A stretch of DNA of 64,000 bases from Squalus acanthias (taxonomy: Eukaryota), in contig CM059432.1 of the NCBI GenBank assembly GCA_030390025.1, positions 2,418,001-2,482,000 of the forward strand, written 5' to 3'. The notes under the pieces were generated by a model. That model was given only the letters and a program-made list of their open reading frames with translations. It was not told where the DNA came from and searched no databases. Both the position numbers and the translations under genes were made by a program. This document shows positions 1-12,325 of this stretch, in pieces; position 1 is the first letter of the stretch, and the number at the start of each line of letters is the position of its first letter.

Positions 1-472
1 GAGAGCCGCACTGTCGGAGGGGCAGTACTGAGGGAGAGCCGCACTGTCGGAGGGGCAGTCCTGAGGGAGGGCCGCACTGTCGGAAGGGCAGTACTGAGGG
101 AGTGCTGCATTGTTGGAGGGGCAGTACTGAGGGAGCGCTGCATTGTCGGAGGGGCAGTACTGAGGGAGTGCTGCATTGTTGGAGGGGCAGTACTGAGGGA
201 GTGCCGCACTGTCGGAGGTGGACGTAAAAGATCCCATGGCACTATTTTGAAGAAGAGCAGGGGAGTTATCCCCTCAATCAACATCACTAAAAACAGATTA
301 TTTGGTCATTTATCGCATTGCTGTTCGTGGGATCTTGCTGTGCGCAAATTGGTTGCCGTGTTTCCTACATTACAACAGTGACTCCACTTCAAAAAGTACT
401 CCATTGGCTGTAAAGCCCTTTGGGGCATCCTAAGGTGGTGAAAGGCGCTACAGAAATGCGAGTTCTTTCTTT
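1..472 (+). mobile_element. DeuSINE (SacSINE1-like) SINE, cut by window edge, with internal 33-bp minisatellite (1-218)
   Basis: Deu-domain sequence (gtaaaagatcccatggcact..gagcaggggagtt), L2-like tail aggcgctacagaaatgcgagttctttc, tandem cagtactgagggagygcygcactgtcggagggg. Confidence 0.8.
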
Positions 473-934
473 CTGATATATCAGTTAATGTAGTGATGCT
501 CAGTCTTTGTCCCTGGCAGATCATTTCTTTCTCGGAGCTATATGTGCTCACAGGATCGATAGTTTTTAATTATTAATGGCTACTTATCAGTGTTCTCTGG
601 GTGGTGATGATGGAGTTGTGGAGAAGACCTGATCCTTGTCAGCAAGTCTTTCTCCCTGTATTGAAGACATGTTGGTGATCAGTAGTAGCGAGGCATTTTC
701 TGTCTGTGGGAACTCTCTCCCCTTTGACCTCTGTCACTTGCTGGTCTTCTGTCTACACAGTTACCTGTGGCCAACTGACCTTGTTAAGTATTTACTTCTG
801 TTATGTCAACCTTACCTTGTCATGAAAAAGTATTTCCATGCCTCTTCACTTGTATATCCCTGAATCAAGTTCCACTAAGAGGCTGAGAATAAATCAGACA
901 TTAAAGCATTTCCTGGATTGATTTATTATGTCTC

Positions 935-1162
935 TAGTGCTGTCTGGGCCCTAAGCTCTGGAATTCCCTCCTTAAACCTCTACCTCTCTCTCCTCCTTTA
1001 AGACGCTCCTTAAAACCTCCCTCTTTGACCAAGCTTTTGGTCACCTGTCCTAATATCTCCTTATGTGGCTCGGTGTCAAATTTTGTTTGATAATCGCTCC
1101 TGTGAAGCGCCTTGGGACGTTTTACTACGTTAAAGCTGCTATATAAATGTAAGTTGTTGTTC
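935..1162 (+). mobile_element. L2 LINE 3' fragment
   Basis: ctctggaattccctc..gctatataaatgtaagttgttgtt, the same 3' end as longer L2 copies with RT sequence (20830-21755). Confidence 0.75.
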
Positions 1163-1187
1163 CTGGAGTAAGACATCAGTGTGATTT

Positions 1188-1453
1188 GGGGTCAATAACC
1201 AGGGGGCATAGTTTCAAGGTAAGGGGCAGGAGGTTTAGAGGGGATTTGAGGAATCTGGAACTCACTGCCTGAAAGGGTGGTAGAGGCAGAAACCCTCACA
1301 ACATTCAAGAAGCATTTAGATGAGCACTTGAAACGCCATAGCATACAAGGCTATGGACCAACTGCTGGAAAATGGGATTAGAATAGACAGGGCTTGATGG
1401 CCGGCGCGGACACGATGGGCCGAAGGGCCTCTTTCTGTGCTGTATAACTCTAT
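1188..1453 (+). mobile_element. CR1 LINE 3' fragment; its tail is split by the Harbinger and resumes at 5595-5606
   Basis: CR1 3' UTR atgggccgaagggcctc..ctgtataactctat|gactctat. Confidence 0.8.
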
Positions 1454-1966
1454 GGGGTAAAAATTCACTTGGTTGCGCCTCCCGTTAGCGCCTTAAGAGG
1501 GCGCTAATGGGGCGTTAAGCTGCTAACGCCCGGGCGCAGCGATGTTTGCGCCGCTCGAGAACTTAACTTGAGATTCTGCGGCGGCGCTAAAACTTACCGC
1601 TGCGACCACCTGCGCGCGCAGATTATGACGTCATTCCATGGTGCAACGCCCTTGGGGCGCCCCGGAGCGGAAATTGAGTGGCGCCCCCTGCCTTACCGCC
1701 TGGCGCTTCCAACGACCGGAAGACTGGAACGCTATCAATCGGTGTGGGGCTGGGGGGGGCGCTATTTAAAGGGGGCCTCTTCCTGTCTTTTTCTGTGGTC
1801 GACATTTATGCACCACTCGTTCTGAGAGAGAGAGAGAGATTCGGAGAGAGAGAGAGAGAGAGACTTCTACATTGACTCAACGCTTTGTGAGGTAGTTTTG
1901 CCTATTCATCCTAACTTTGTTGCTACTTTAGTTGCTGTACCTCATTACTTTTCTGGCAAAGAGAAT

Positions 1967-3126
1967 ATGGGGGCTGCACTGATTGGGGGCGTCGTCCTGC
2001 TCCAGCTGAATCGGAGGATACAGAGACGCAGACAGAGAGTGGCAATGATGGCCAGATGGAGGAGGGCCATCAGGCGCATGTACAGGAGAGCTTACCCTCC
2101 CAGGGTATATCGTGAACAGCTCTCCTACATCCATATGTCCGAGGAGCTGTGTTTGCGAAGGCTGCGATTCAGCAAGGAGGTGGTCACTGAGCTCTGCCAC
2201 CTGCTGCAGCCAGATCTGCAGCCTCAGCTGAGGTCCAGGACGTCTCTGTCGGTGGCAGTGAAGGTCACAGTGGCTTTGAACTTCTACGCCACTGGCTCAT
2301 TCCAAGCTGCTGTTGGGGACCTCGCCAATATCTCCCAGTTCGCGGTGCATCGCTGCATCCGGCAGGTCACCAATGCCCTCTTCAGAAGGAGACGAGAGTT
2401 CATCTCTTTCCCCATGACCCCAGACAAGCAGCGTGACCGTGCTCTGGGCTTTGCGAGGGTAGCAGGCTTCCCCATGGTGCAGGGCGCCATTGACTGCACG
2501 CATGTGGCTTTGCGTGCTCCGCGAGAGAATGCAGAGGAATTCAGGAACAGAAAGGGGTTCCATTCCTTGAATGTCCAGTTGGTCTGTGACCACAGACAGG
2601 TGATACTCGCTGTCAATGCCCACTATCCGGGCAGCTGCCACGATGCTTTCATCCTGCGCCAGACTACTGTGGCAGAAGTTTTCGAGGCACCGCATCAGCC
2701 AGTTGGTTGGCTTCTCGGGGACAAGGGGTACGCATTGAGCACCTGGCTGATGACACCGCTCCGTACGCCAAACACCCCTGCTGAGCTGCAGTACAATGAA
2801 AGCCATCAAGCAACCAGGAACATTATTGAGCGCACAATCGGCGTGCTGAAACAACGGTTCCGCTGTCTGGACCATTCCGGAGGAGCCCTGCAGTACTCGC
2901 CTGAGCAAGTTTCGAACTTCGTAGTCGTGTGCTGCATGTTGCACAACATGGCAATCCTCAGGACCCAGCCAATGCCACCAGGCCTTGTAGCACCACCAGA
3001 GGAGGAGGAGAAGAGGAGGAAGAGGACAAGGACGATGATCATCAGCAGCACCAAGGCGGGAGGGCGGCCCACAATGGTCAAACTGCAAGGGCCGTCCGTC
3101 AACGGCTAATAGCAAGCCGCTTCTAG
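1967..3126 (+). CDS. Harbinger (HARBI1-like) DDE transposase with a frameshift near 3010 in the acidic tail
   Basis: ATG at 1967; motifs GAIDCTH, NRKGFHSLNVQLVCD, YPGSCHDAFI, LLGDKGY, RNIIERTIGVLKQRFRCL. The typical C-terminus (EEEEDKDDD..ARAVRQRLIASRF*) lies in the shifted frame ending at 3126. Confidence 0.92.
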
Positions 3127-3420
3127 GGCCCCTGCCATTGCTACAAACATTAATCAACCCAGCACGCAACCCCTAAGCCGGCCAAGGCACCAATAATTCC
3201 AACCACCAGCCATGTATATTTTGAATACAGAAACTTATTTATTTTACAAACTCTGTGTGTGTCAATTCCTCATGACAAACTCATAGAAATAAACACAAAA
3301 AAACAGTCAATAACATAACTGGTTCTCACAACCTGGAGATAATGTCCAAAACACTAAACAAAAGTTGGACCATGAACCTCGACCTTTAATAAAAAAATGA
3401 CCAGCATTTTGTCACACCTC

Positions 3421-4393
3421 CTACTTTTTGCCCTTCGAGGGTGATCTCCTTCCCTTGCGCACTTCCCCCCTTCTAACCCTACTGCTCCTCCGTAATGGGA
3501 CCTCAGTGGCTGCAGCAAGGCTGGTGGAAGGCTGCTGCTCGTCAGACCCTGACACTGCAGATGCCCCTGAAGGACGGCCTCGACCACTTCTGGGCCTGGA
3601 GGGCCCGGCTGCAGACTGCACCAACTCTGCATGGGCGGCAGCAGTCTGTCCTACAGGCGGTGGCAAGTGCAGTGGAGAAGTGACAGTGTTGGCAGCAGGA
3701 ATGCTGTCATCGTGCGAGAGGACAGCAACTCCCTGCTCGCCCGACACACTGGCACTCCCACGGGGCAGCACTTCAGCATCCGGAGCAATCTGCCGGAGAA
3801 CAGATTGCTGGCCTGCTGCGGCGCGGTGACAGCCCCGGGGACATGTGCACGAACCATCGAGGTTGGCAGCAGTCTGTGCTCGCGTGGCCTCCATCTGAGT
3901 CTGTATGAGAGCAGTCAGAGGTGGGATCACGGCAGCCAGTGACTGAATTGCAGCATTAGTGTGGCATCCGCCTGTGCTACAGCGAAGTGCTCCACACTCC
4001 TTGCCAGTGACTCAATGCATTCGGGCACCCTTCCCACTGCACCCATGAGCTCAGTGTGCATGCCCACCGCCTGGGTGTTCATTTCTGCAATCAGCCGCTC
4101 CTCCTCTGCGTCCATTGCAGTAGGAGTGTCTGGCATACTCTCCCTCTGGGGAGAAGGCCCCCGTTCTTCCCTACCCCCCCCATGGCGTTGCTGCAGCCCG
4201 CTGGGTCCTGGAGCTTCACCATCATCAGCCCCTTCCCCCCTGCTCCCCTCCGGGGAAGGCGTGTTCCCAGTGTGGGCATGGGCTTCCTCGGGAGAGGGTG
4301 GCACTGATGCTCTGGCTTCCTCTTCCTCCTCAGCTGCAGCATCACTCCCAGTGGCAGCTTCAGGGCCCGTCTCCTCAGCTGGTGAATCACCAT
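3421..4393 (-). CDS. Harbinger Myb-like protein, exon 3 (low complexity, frameshift near 3960)
   Basis: Acceptor ccctgctttcag|AT, phase-compatible with exon 2 and in frame with ORF 3927-4304; continues in ORF 3421-3930 ending in a basic tail. Confidence 0.7.
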
Positions 4394-4552
4394 CTGAAAG
4401 CAGGGAGGTACAAGAGTGGCTTTAGCGTGAGGACAGGGTGGCAGTAAGGGAGGAATAAGTGCAGCGAGTTAGCAAGTTGTATTGAAAGTGTCAAAGGCTG
4501 GTGTTGTGAGGGACAAGTGGAAGGACAGAGGACAAAAAGGTGATGACCTTAC

Positions 4553-4715
4553 CATTGCTGTCCACAACGGGGTTGGCGTCTCCAGTGGCGACGGGACCGA
4601 TCACCCGGCTTGCCACAATCCTGTGGACGCGCTCCTCCAGATCGCTGAGGGGTTGCAGCTGAGGCCGCCCTCCACCTGTCCGTTGCTGCTGTCTCCGATT
4701 ATGCGCCAGCTTGGC
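4553..4715 (-). CDS. Harbinger Myb-like protein, exon 2
   Basis: Acceptor tttttcttacag|GCC; AKLAHNRRQQQRTGGGRP..LSDLEE (RTGGG motif typical of this family); phase-1 donor G|GTAAGG. Confidence 0.82.
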
Positions 4716-4744
4716 CTGTAAGAAAAAGGACAGCATCTGAGTAA

Positions 4745-4851
4745 ATATACAACCATGGTCTTGCCTGATGTGCCTCCCATAGGTGAATAGCCCTTACAAT
4801 ATACAGCCATGGTCTTGCCTGATGTGCCTCCCATAGGTGAATAGCCCTTAC
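4745..4851. repeat. 54-bp tandem duplication in intron 1 of the Myb-like gene
   Basis: ccatggtcttgcctgatgtgcctcccataggtgaatagcccttac starts at both 4753 and 4807. Confidence 0.9.
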
Positions 4852-4999
4852 TGTATGCAAAGTGTGGAATGTGTGTGTGTGTTTGATGAAAGGGCCATAG
4901 GTGTTGGATGAGTGTTGTGCATTGGGGTTTTAAGACCCTCTGGCCATAGAGTGAGGTTGAGATGGAGGGATGGAGAGGTATTGAGAAAAAGCCACTCAC

Positions 5000-5236
5000 C
5001 CTGACGACCCAAGTGAGGTCGTTGAACTTTTTGCGGCATTGAGTATGGGTCCTGGGCACCATGCTCCTGGAGGAGACGCTCTGAGCCACCTCCCTCCACA
5101 CTCTTCTGAACTCGCGTGGCAAAGGCCTCCTGCCACTCTCAGGGAAGAGCATACATCGTCTGCGCTCCACCGCGCCAACCAGAGCATCCAAGGCCCGTTC
5201 GGTGAAGCGATGAGCGCGTTCTCTCACCCTCTCCAT
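5000..5236 (-). CDS. Harbinger Myb/SANT-like (trihelix, NAIF1-like) protein, exon 1
   Basis: MERVRERAHRFTERALDALV..WREVAQSV..RTHTQCRKKFNDL; 79 codons followed by phase-0 donor AGG|GTGAGT. Confidence 0.88.
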
Positions 5237-5620
5237 GCTTGGCAGCAAAATGGATTCACAGGTCTCTCCAGGCTGAGATTCAAGGCTGCAATGAGCAGGG
5301 TGTGGCTGGGGAGTAAGTGGCCCCCCCCGCTTTAAGAAGTGTCCGGCGCCAGTGTGTCTGTGTTCCCTCGCTAACTGGCAGCAGCTGCGCTGCGCTCGCG
5401 CGCTGAGTTAGCGCCTCACTCCTTGGCCTTTGCGCCTTAAGACAGGTGTGCAGCGCCTGCTTTAGCGCTCCACTCACCTCCCGGGGCGGTAAAAGTGAAG
5501 TTTCCTGTCAGTGCCGATAATTAGCGCCAGGCGCTAATATTTGCGTCCGGACGATATTTGCGCCCCAAATGGGGCGCGACCTAATTTCTACCCCTATGAC
5601 TCTATAATTTGAATGCAGGG

Positions 5621-6012
5621 TTTTTTTTAAATTCATTGGCTGTGGGCATCACTGGTAAGGCCAGCATTTATTGCCCATCCCAAATTGTCCTTGAGAAGGT
5701 GGTGATGAGCCGCCTTATACAACTGAGTGTCTCGCTAGGTCATTTCAGAGGGGCAGTTAAGAGTTAACCACATTGCTGTGGGTCTGAAGTCACATATCGG
5801 CCAGACCGGGTAAGGGCGGCAGATTTCCTTCCCGAAAGGACATTAGTGAACCAGATGGGTTTTTACGACAATCCGGTAGTTGTATGCTTTTTACTCCAGA
5901 TTTATTTAATGAACTGAATTTAAATTCCCCAGCTGCGATTTGAACTCATGTCTCTCAGATCATTAGTCCAGGATTACTTGTCCAGTAACATTAGCACTAT
6001 GCGACCATACCC
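5621..6012 (-). mobile_element. tRNA-derived SINE sharing its 3' end with the CR1-group LINE of 45452-46390
   Basis: Degenerate A/B boxes near 6012 and 5945 on the minus strand; about 90 bp closely matching the LINE 3' end (aaggccagcatttattgcccatccc..gagaaggtggtg). Confidence 0.65.
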
Positions 6013-6164
6013 TGGGTTGTACCTTGATCCTTTATTTTTCTTGTAGTTATAATTCATTATCTATTATAAAATCCAATAGATCATACATATTTCCTCACTA
6101 AGTATCTTTGGCTGTTGAAACCTTGTTGCAAAAAAGCTGGCATAACTAATTCTGCTGAATTTAA

Positions 6165-6467
6165 ATATTCTGAATTCTGGCCTCTTGCCCATCCCCGATT
6201 TCCTTCGCTCTGCTATTGGCGGCCGTGCCTTCAGCTGCTTGGGCCCTAAGCTCTGGAATTCCCTCCCTCAACCTCTCCGCCTCTCGTTCCTCCTTTAAGA
6301 TGCTCCTTAAAACCGACCTCTTTGACCAAGCTTTTGGTCGCCTGTCCTAATATCTCCTTATGTGGCTCGGCGTCAAACTTTTGACTTATAATCGCTCCTG
6401 TGAAGCGCCCTGGGACGTTTTACTATGTTAAAGGCGCTGTGTAAATGCAAGTTGTTGTTGTTGTTGT
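6165..6467 (+). mobile_element. L2 LINE 3' fragment
   Basis: L2 3' UTR and (GTT)n tail. Confidence 0.8.
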
Positions 6468-7046
6468 AAAGACACTGGGTCTATGTACAGCATGGTTATG
6501 GATGAAGTGTTAAATTAGTTTATCAGGATCACACATAGATGCTAAGACTGTGTTTAAACAGACCCTGTGCACGAGCGAGACATGTCTGAATTTTATTCAT
6601 AAAAGGCCCCCAGTTTTGTGTGATCATTGACGGTGGGATCGTTTATATATTAATAAAGTTTAAGCGCGGGAGGGAACAGTTCTGCTGATGCAGTTCATTT
6701 TTCGATGGATTGTTATGGTAGGAAAATATGTTTTAACGGAGATTAATCAACCCCTTGGGATAGGACTATAATACTTGCTTATTAGGACCAGAGCGATTGA
6801 TATGAGTGGTCTGTGAGAAGGAGACTGACATCAGTAGGGTGAAAAGATATTAAAGTTTCACTGGAGGGAATGGTGCAATAAACCATTTGAAGATTCGTCC
6901 ACTGTGTGCCTTGTTTATTATTTTAATTTTATTAATAAAGGGAGCACATTGCTAGTTTGTGTGTGGCTAATATTCATTTCCTCCTGAGAACCAAATGAGT
7001 TACCTGCTTTTTTAAGACAACCACGGTAGGGGGCACATGTCTAGCT

Positions 7047-7510
7047 GTCAGCTGTGGCTCAGTGGGCAGCACCCTTGCCTCCGAGTTAGATAGATCGTGG
7101 GTTTGTAGGCCCCTTCCAAGCAACTTGAGCACAAAAATCAGGCTGACGCTCCCAGTGCAGTGCTGAGGGAGTGCTGCACTGTCGGAGGTGCCGTCTTTCG
7201 GATGCGAAGTAAACCGAGGCCCCGTCTGCTCTCGGGTGGATGTAAAAGATCCCACGGCACCATTTCGTAAGAGCAGGGGAGTTCTCCCTGGTGTCCTGCA
7301 GCCAATATTTATCCCTCAATCAAAATCACTAAAAAAAAACAGATTATCTGGTCACTATCACATTGCTGTTTGTGGGAGCTTGCTGTGCGCAAATTGGCTG
7401 CTGCATTTCCTACATTGCCACACTTCAAAAGTACTTCATTGGCTGTAAAGTACTTTGGGAACGTCCGGTGGTCGTGAAAGGTGCTGTAGAAATGTAAGTC
7501 TTTCTGTTTT
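7047..7510 (+). mobile_element. DeuSINE (SacSINE1-like), near full length
   Basis: tRNA head tgtcagctgtggctcagtgg, Deu domain, L2-like tail. Confidence 0.8.
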
Positions 7511-7669
7511 CAACGCAGCGAGGTGCATCAAACTAATGCAGCTTGTAGGGGGGTCAGTTAAGTGGAAAGCATAATGGAGGGAGTCATGTGTGCTCTCCTT
7601 GTTTTAATCTGGTGTTCTGGTCTGACACAGCAAAATTAAAAATAGATAACATCAGTTGCATACTGTGAC

Positions 7670-7890
7670 TGTCAGCCATGGCTCAGTGGGTCGCTCTCTC
7701 ACCTCTGAATCAGAATGGTTGTGGGTTCAAGTCCCACTCCATGAGACTTTGAGCACAACAAGTCTAAGCTGACACTCCCAGTGCAGCAATGAGGGAGCGC
7801 TGCACTGTCGTTGGTGCTGTCTTTTGGATGAGACGTTAAACCGAGGGCCCCCTCTGTCCTCTCAGGTGGACTTAAAAGATCCTGTGGAAC
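7670..7890 (+). mobile_element. DeuSINE 5' half
   Basis: A box tggctcagtgg, B box ggttcaagtcc. Confidence 0.75.
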
Positions 7891-7892
7891 TA

Positions 7893-8740
7893 AACAGCAT
7901 GGATTTTTAAGGGGCAAGTCATGTCTAACGAACCTAGTTGAACTTTTTTAGGAGCTAACTAGCGTGGTAGATAAGGGAGTGGCTATGGATGTTATTTATA
8001 TAGACTGCCAGAGGGAATTCAATATGGTTCCACACAAGAAATGGTTAACAAAAATGGGATTGCATGGAATTGGAGGTAACCTATTGGCTTGGATAGGGAA
8101 TTGGTGAGGAGGTAGGAGACAGAGAGTAGGGATAATGGGTATGAACTCAAATTGACGGGATGTGACTAGTGCTGTCCCCAGGGATCTGTGTTGAGGCCTC
8201 AGCTTTTCACGATATATTTTTTTATTCAGTCATGTGTTGTGGGCGTCGCTGACAAGGCCAGCATTTATTGCCCATCCCTAATTGCCCTTGAGAAGGTGCT
8301 GGTGAGCCGCCTTCTTGAAACAACTGGCTTGCTAGGCCATTTCAGAGGGGCAGTTTACGAGTCAACCACATGGCTGTGGGTCTGGAGTCACATATAGGCC
8401 AGACCGGGTAAGGGCGGCAGATTTCCTTCCCTAAAGGACATTAGTGAACCAGATGGGAGCAGAAAGCTGTAAAGGGACATTGATAGATTCAGTGAGTGGG
8501 CAAAACTGCGGCAGATGAAGTTCAATGTGGGCAAGTGTGAGGTCATCCGCTCTGGACCTGAGAAAGATCGATCAGAGTATTTTCTAAATGGCGAGAGGCT
8601 CGGAACTGTGGAGGAGCAAAGAGATTTAGAGATCCAAGTACAGAAATCAAGAAAAGATAGTGGGCAGGGACAAAACATAATTAAAAAGGCCAATGGAATG
8701 TTGGCCTTCATCTCAAGAGGGCTGGAATACAAAGGTTATG
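7893..8740 (+). mobile_element. Degraded CR1 RT fragment interrupted by a minus-strand SINE (8216-8456)
   Basis: Translated [27 protein letters not shown]; the insert matches the SINE at 5621-6012. Confidence 0.7.
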
Positions 8741-9203
8741 TTACAGTGTCAGTTGTGGCTCAGTGGGTAGCACTCTCAACTCCTGCTAGTCGGAAGGTTG
8801 TGGGTTCAAGTCCCACTCCATAAGAATAAGACTTGAGTCCAGAACAAGGGAGATGTAACCTTAAAATTTGAGCTAGGCCATTCAGGGGTGATGTCACAAA
8901 GCAGTTTTAACACAGGTGGGGTCCAAAACATAAATTTGGCATGTTGATGAGGTAAGCAGGAGAAGTTTAATGTCAGCTGTGGCCTCTGGGTCAGAAGGTC
9001 GTGGGTTGAAGTCCCACTCCAGACACTTGACCACAAATTCTCTAGGCTGACACAACCAGTGCAGTCAGGTGCTGTCCTCAAAGGAGAAAGTTTGCAGGGC
9101 TATGGGAAAAGAGCAGGGGGAGTGGGACTAATTGGAGAGCTCTTTCAAAGAGCCAGCACCGGCACGATGGGCTGAATGGCCTCCTTCTGTGCTGTAAGAT
9201 TCT

Positions 9204-10348
9204 CATAGAATCATAGAAAGTTACAGCACAGAAGTAGGCCATTTCGGCCCATCGTGTCCATACCGGCCAACAAAGAGCTATCCAGCCTAATCCCAGTTCC
9301 CAGCTCTTGGTCCTTAGTCCTGCAGGTTAGAGCATCCCAAGTGCACATCCAAGTACTTTTTAAATGTGGTTCGGGTTCCTGCCTCTACCACCCTTTCAGG
9401 CAGTGAGTTGCAGACCCCCACCACCCTCTGGGTGAAGAAATTTCCCCTCAAATCCCCTCTAAACCTTCCACCAATTACTTTAAATCTGTGCCCCCTGGTT
9501 TTTGCCCCCTCTGCTAAGGGAAATAGGTCCTTTCTATCCACTTTATCTATGCCCCTCATAATTTTATACACCTCAATAAGGTCTCCCCTCAGCCTCCTCT
9601 GTTCCAAGGAAAACAGACCCAGCCTATCCAGTCTTTCCTCATAGCTAAGATTCTCTACTCCCGGCAACATCCTTGTAAATCTCCTCTGTACCCTCTCTAG
9701 TGCAATCACATCTTTCCTGTAATGTGGTGACCAGAACTGCACGCAGTACTCTAGCTGAGGCCTAACTAGTGTTTTATACAGTTGAAGCATAACCCCCCTG
9801 CTCTTGTATTCTATGCCACGGCTAATAAAGCAAGCATTCCGTATGCCTTCTTAACCACCTTATCTACCTGGCCTGCTACCTTCAGGGATCTGTGGACATG
9901 CACTCCAAGGTCCCTTTGTTCCTCTACACTACTCAGTGTCCTACCATTTAATGTGTATTCCCTTTCCTTGTTAGCCCACCCCAAATGCATTACCTCACAC
10001 TTCTCCGGATTGAATTCCATTTGCCACTGTTCTGCCCACCTGACCAATTTATTGATATCTTCCTGCAGTCTACAGCTTCCTTCTTCAGTATCAGCAGACA
10101 GCCGATTTTAGTATTATCTGCAAACTTCTTAATCATACCCCCTATATTCAAGTCAAGATCATTGATATATACCACAAAAAGCAAGGGACCTAGTACTGAG
10201 CCCTGCGGAACCCCACTGGAAACAGCCTTCCAGTCACAAAAACACCCATCAACCATTACCCTCTGCTTCCTGTCTCCGAGCCAGTTTTGAATCCAACTTG
10301 ACACTTTGCCCTGGATCCCATGGGCTTTTAACTTCGTGACCAGTCTGC
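9204..10348 (-). mobile_element. CR1 LINE 3' portion (RT C-terminus + 3' UTR)
   Basis: [41 protein letters not shown]; (ATTCTATG)n tail. Confidence 0.9.
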
Positions 10349-10451
10349 TTTTCTATGATTTTATTCTATGATTTAGTGTTTAAAGGTGATCCTAATGCAG
10401 TTCAGAAATCCATGTGATGGAACACATGGGCAATAATGACCATAGCATTAT

Positions 10452-10848
10452 TAGCTGTGGTTCAGTGGGGTAGCACTCTCGTCTGACTGAGTCAGAAGAT
10501 TGTAGGCCCAAATCCCAATCCAGAGATTTGAGCACAGACTCCAGTGCAGTACTGAGGGCTGTCGGAGGTGCCGTCTTTTGGACGAGACATTAAACCGACA
10601 TAAAAGATCCCACGGCACTATTTCAAAGAAGAGCAGGGTATTTCTGCCTGGTGTCCTGGTCAATATTTATCCCTCAACCAGCATCACTAAAACAGATGAT
10701 CTGGTCATTATCACATTGCCGTTTGTGGGAGCTTGCTGTGCACAAATTGGCTGCCGCGTTTCCCACATTACAACAGTGACTACACTTCAAAAGTACTTCA
10801 TTGGCTGTAAAGGGCTTTGGGATGTCCTGAGGTCGTGAAAGGCGCTGT
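10452..10848 (+). mobile_element. DeuSINE with a CR1 inserted in its tail
   Basis: SINE consensus; tail resumes at about 11225. Confidence 0.75.
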
Positions 10849-11210
10849 AGAATCATAAAATCATAGAATGGTTACATCACGGAAGGCGGCCATTCGGTCC
10901 GTCGAGCCCGTGCCGGCTCTCTGCCAGAGCACTTCAGCTAGTCCCACTCCCCCCGCCCTTTCCCCGTAGCCCTGCAAATTTTTTTCCTTCAGGTACTTAT
11001 CCAACTCCCTTTTGAAAGCTGTGATTGAGTCTGTCTCCACCACCCTTTCAGGCAGTGCATTCCAGATCATAACCACTCGCTGCGTAAAACAGTTTTTCCT
11101 CATGTCGCCTTTGTTTCTTCTGCCAATCACCTTAAATCTGTGTCCTCTGGTTCTCGACCCTTCCGCCAATGGGAACAGTTTCTCTCTATCTACTCTGTCC
11201 AGACCCCTCA
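10848..11210 (-). mobile_element. CR1 3' fragment
   Basis: MRGLDRVDREKLFPL..TQRVVMIWNALP. Confidence 0.88.
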
Positions 11211-11819
11211 TGAGTTAGACAGAGTAGATATAAATGCAAGACTTTGTTTCTTCTAGATTCCAATTGATCAGTCGAACAAAAGGCAGCGAGAATGTAATGC
11301 TAATTCTGGATTTCAAAAGGACTACGATGGCAGAAGACGTGAATCGAATCAAATGGGCAACTCCGTTAGGAGGGGAATATTGGAGAAAAATGGAGCCTCT
11401 TTAAAAGCAATAGGAGGCCACCTCTGTCCCAGAAGGTCAAAAGAAGGACACATGGTAAGACTAAACCAAAGTGGCTGACTGGGCATGTACAAGGACAAGT
11501 GAACGTAGACGTAAATGCTTTTATAGACTAAAGGAAAATAATTGTCAGGAGAATAGGGATAAGTATCATGCAAAATGAAAGGCAAGAAAAAGCTGCTATT
11601 AGAGCAGTTAAAAGGTCAATGGAGAAGGAGATGACTGTGGTAGCACTGATAAAAGCTTTTCAAGCTGTCAGAGGGCCATTAAAGATTGCATAGGGCCATT
11701 AAAGGATTCCTCGGGACACAGTCGTGTGGACTCCCGCGGTATATAACAGAAGTCTTAAATGATTACTTTGCATCAATCTTCATTCCTGTGAACGGTACTC
11801 AGTTATTAGTAATGTGATG

Positions 11820-12325
11820 CACTTTTCCAACGCTCTCCTGGCCGGCCTCCCACCTCGCACCCTCCGTAAACTTGAGCTCATCCCAAACGCAGGCTGCCTC
11901 GTGTCCTAACTCGCACCAAGTCCCGTTCACCCGTCACCCCCCTGTGCTCGCTGGCCCTACATTGGCTCCCGATCCAGCAAATCTCCTCATGGGCCTCGCC
12001 CCCTCCCTATCCCTGTAACCTCCCGGATCTCTGCGCTCCTCCAGTTCTGGTCTCTTGCGCATCCAGATTTCCATCGCTCCACCAACGGCGGCCGTGCCTT
12101 CAGGTGTCGTGGCCCTAAACTATGAAATTCCCTCTCTCAATCTCTCCGCCTCTCTCTCCTCCTTTAAGACGCTCCTTAAAACCGACCTCTTCGACCAAGC
12201 TTTTGGTCGCCTGTCCCTAATATCTCCTTATGGGGCTCGGTGTCAAATTTTGTCTGATAATCGCTCCTGTGAAGCGCCTTGGGACGTTTTACTACGTTAA
12301 AGGCGCTGTATAAATACAAGTTGTA
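11820..12325 (+). mobile_element. L2 3' fragment
   Basis: Matches the other L2 copies and their tail. Confidence 0.75.

Larger units (their letters stand above)
1454..5594 (+). mobile_element. Full-length PIF/Harbinger DNA transposon (4141 bp)
   Basis: TIRs GGGGTAAAAATT (1454-1465) and AATTTCTACCCC (5583-5594), 11/12 match; TAT duplication at 1451-1453 and 5595-5597; transposase and Myb-like genes in convergent orientation. Confidence 0.93.

Noticed and set aside
1898..3109. Host HARBI1 gene
   Set aside because: It lies within TIRs and a TSD with a partner Myb-like gene and has a frameshift, so it is a transposon copy, not the domesticated gene.
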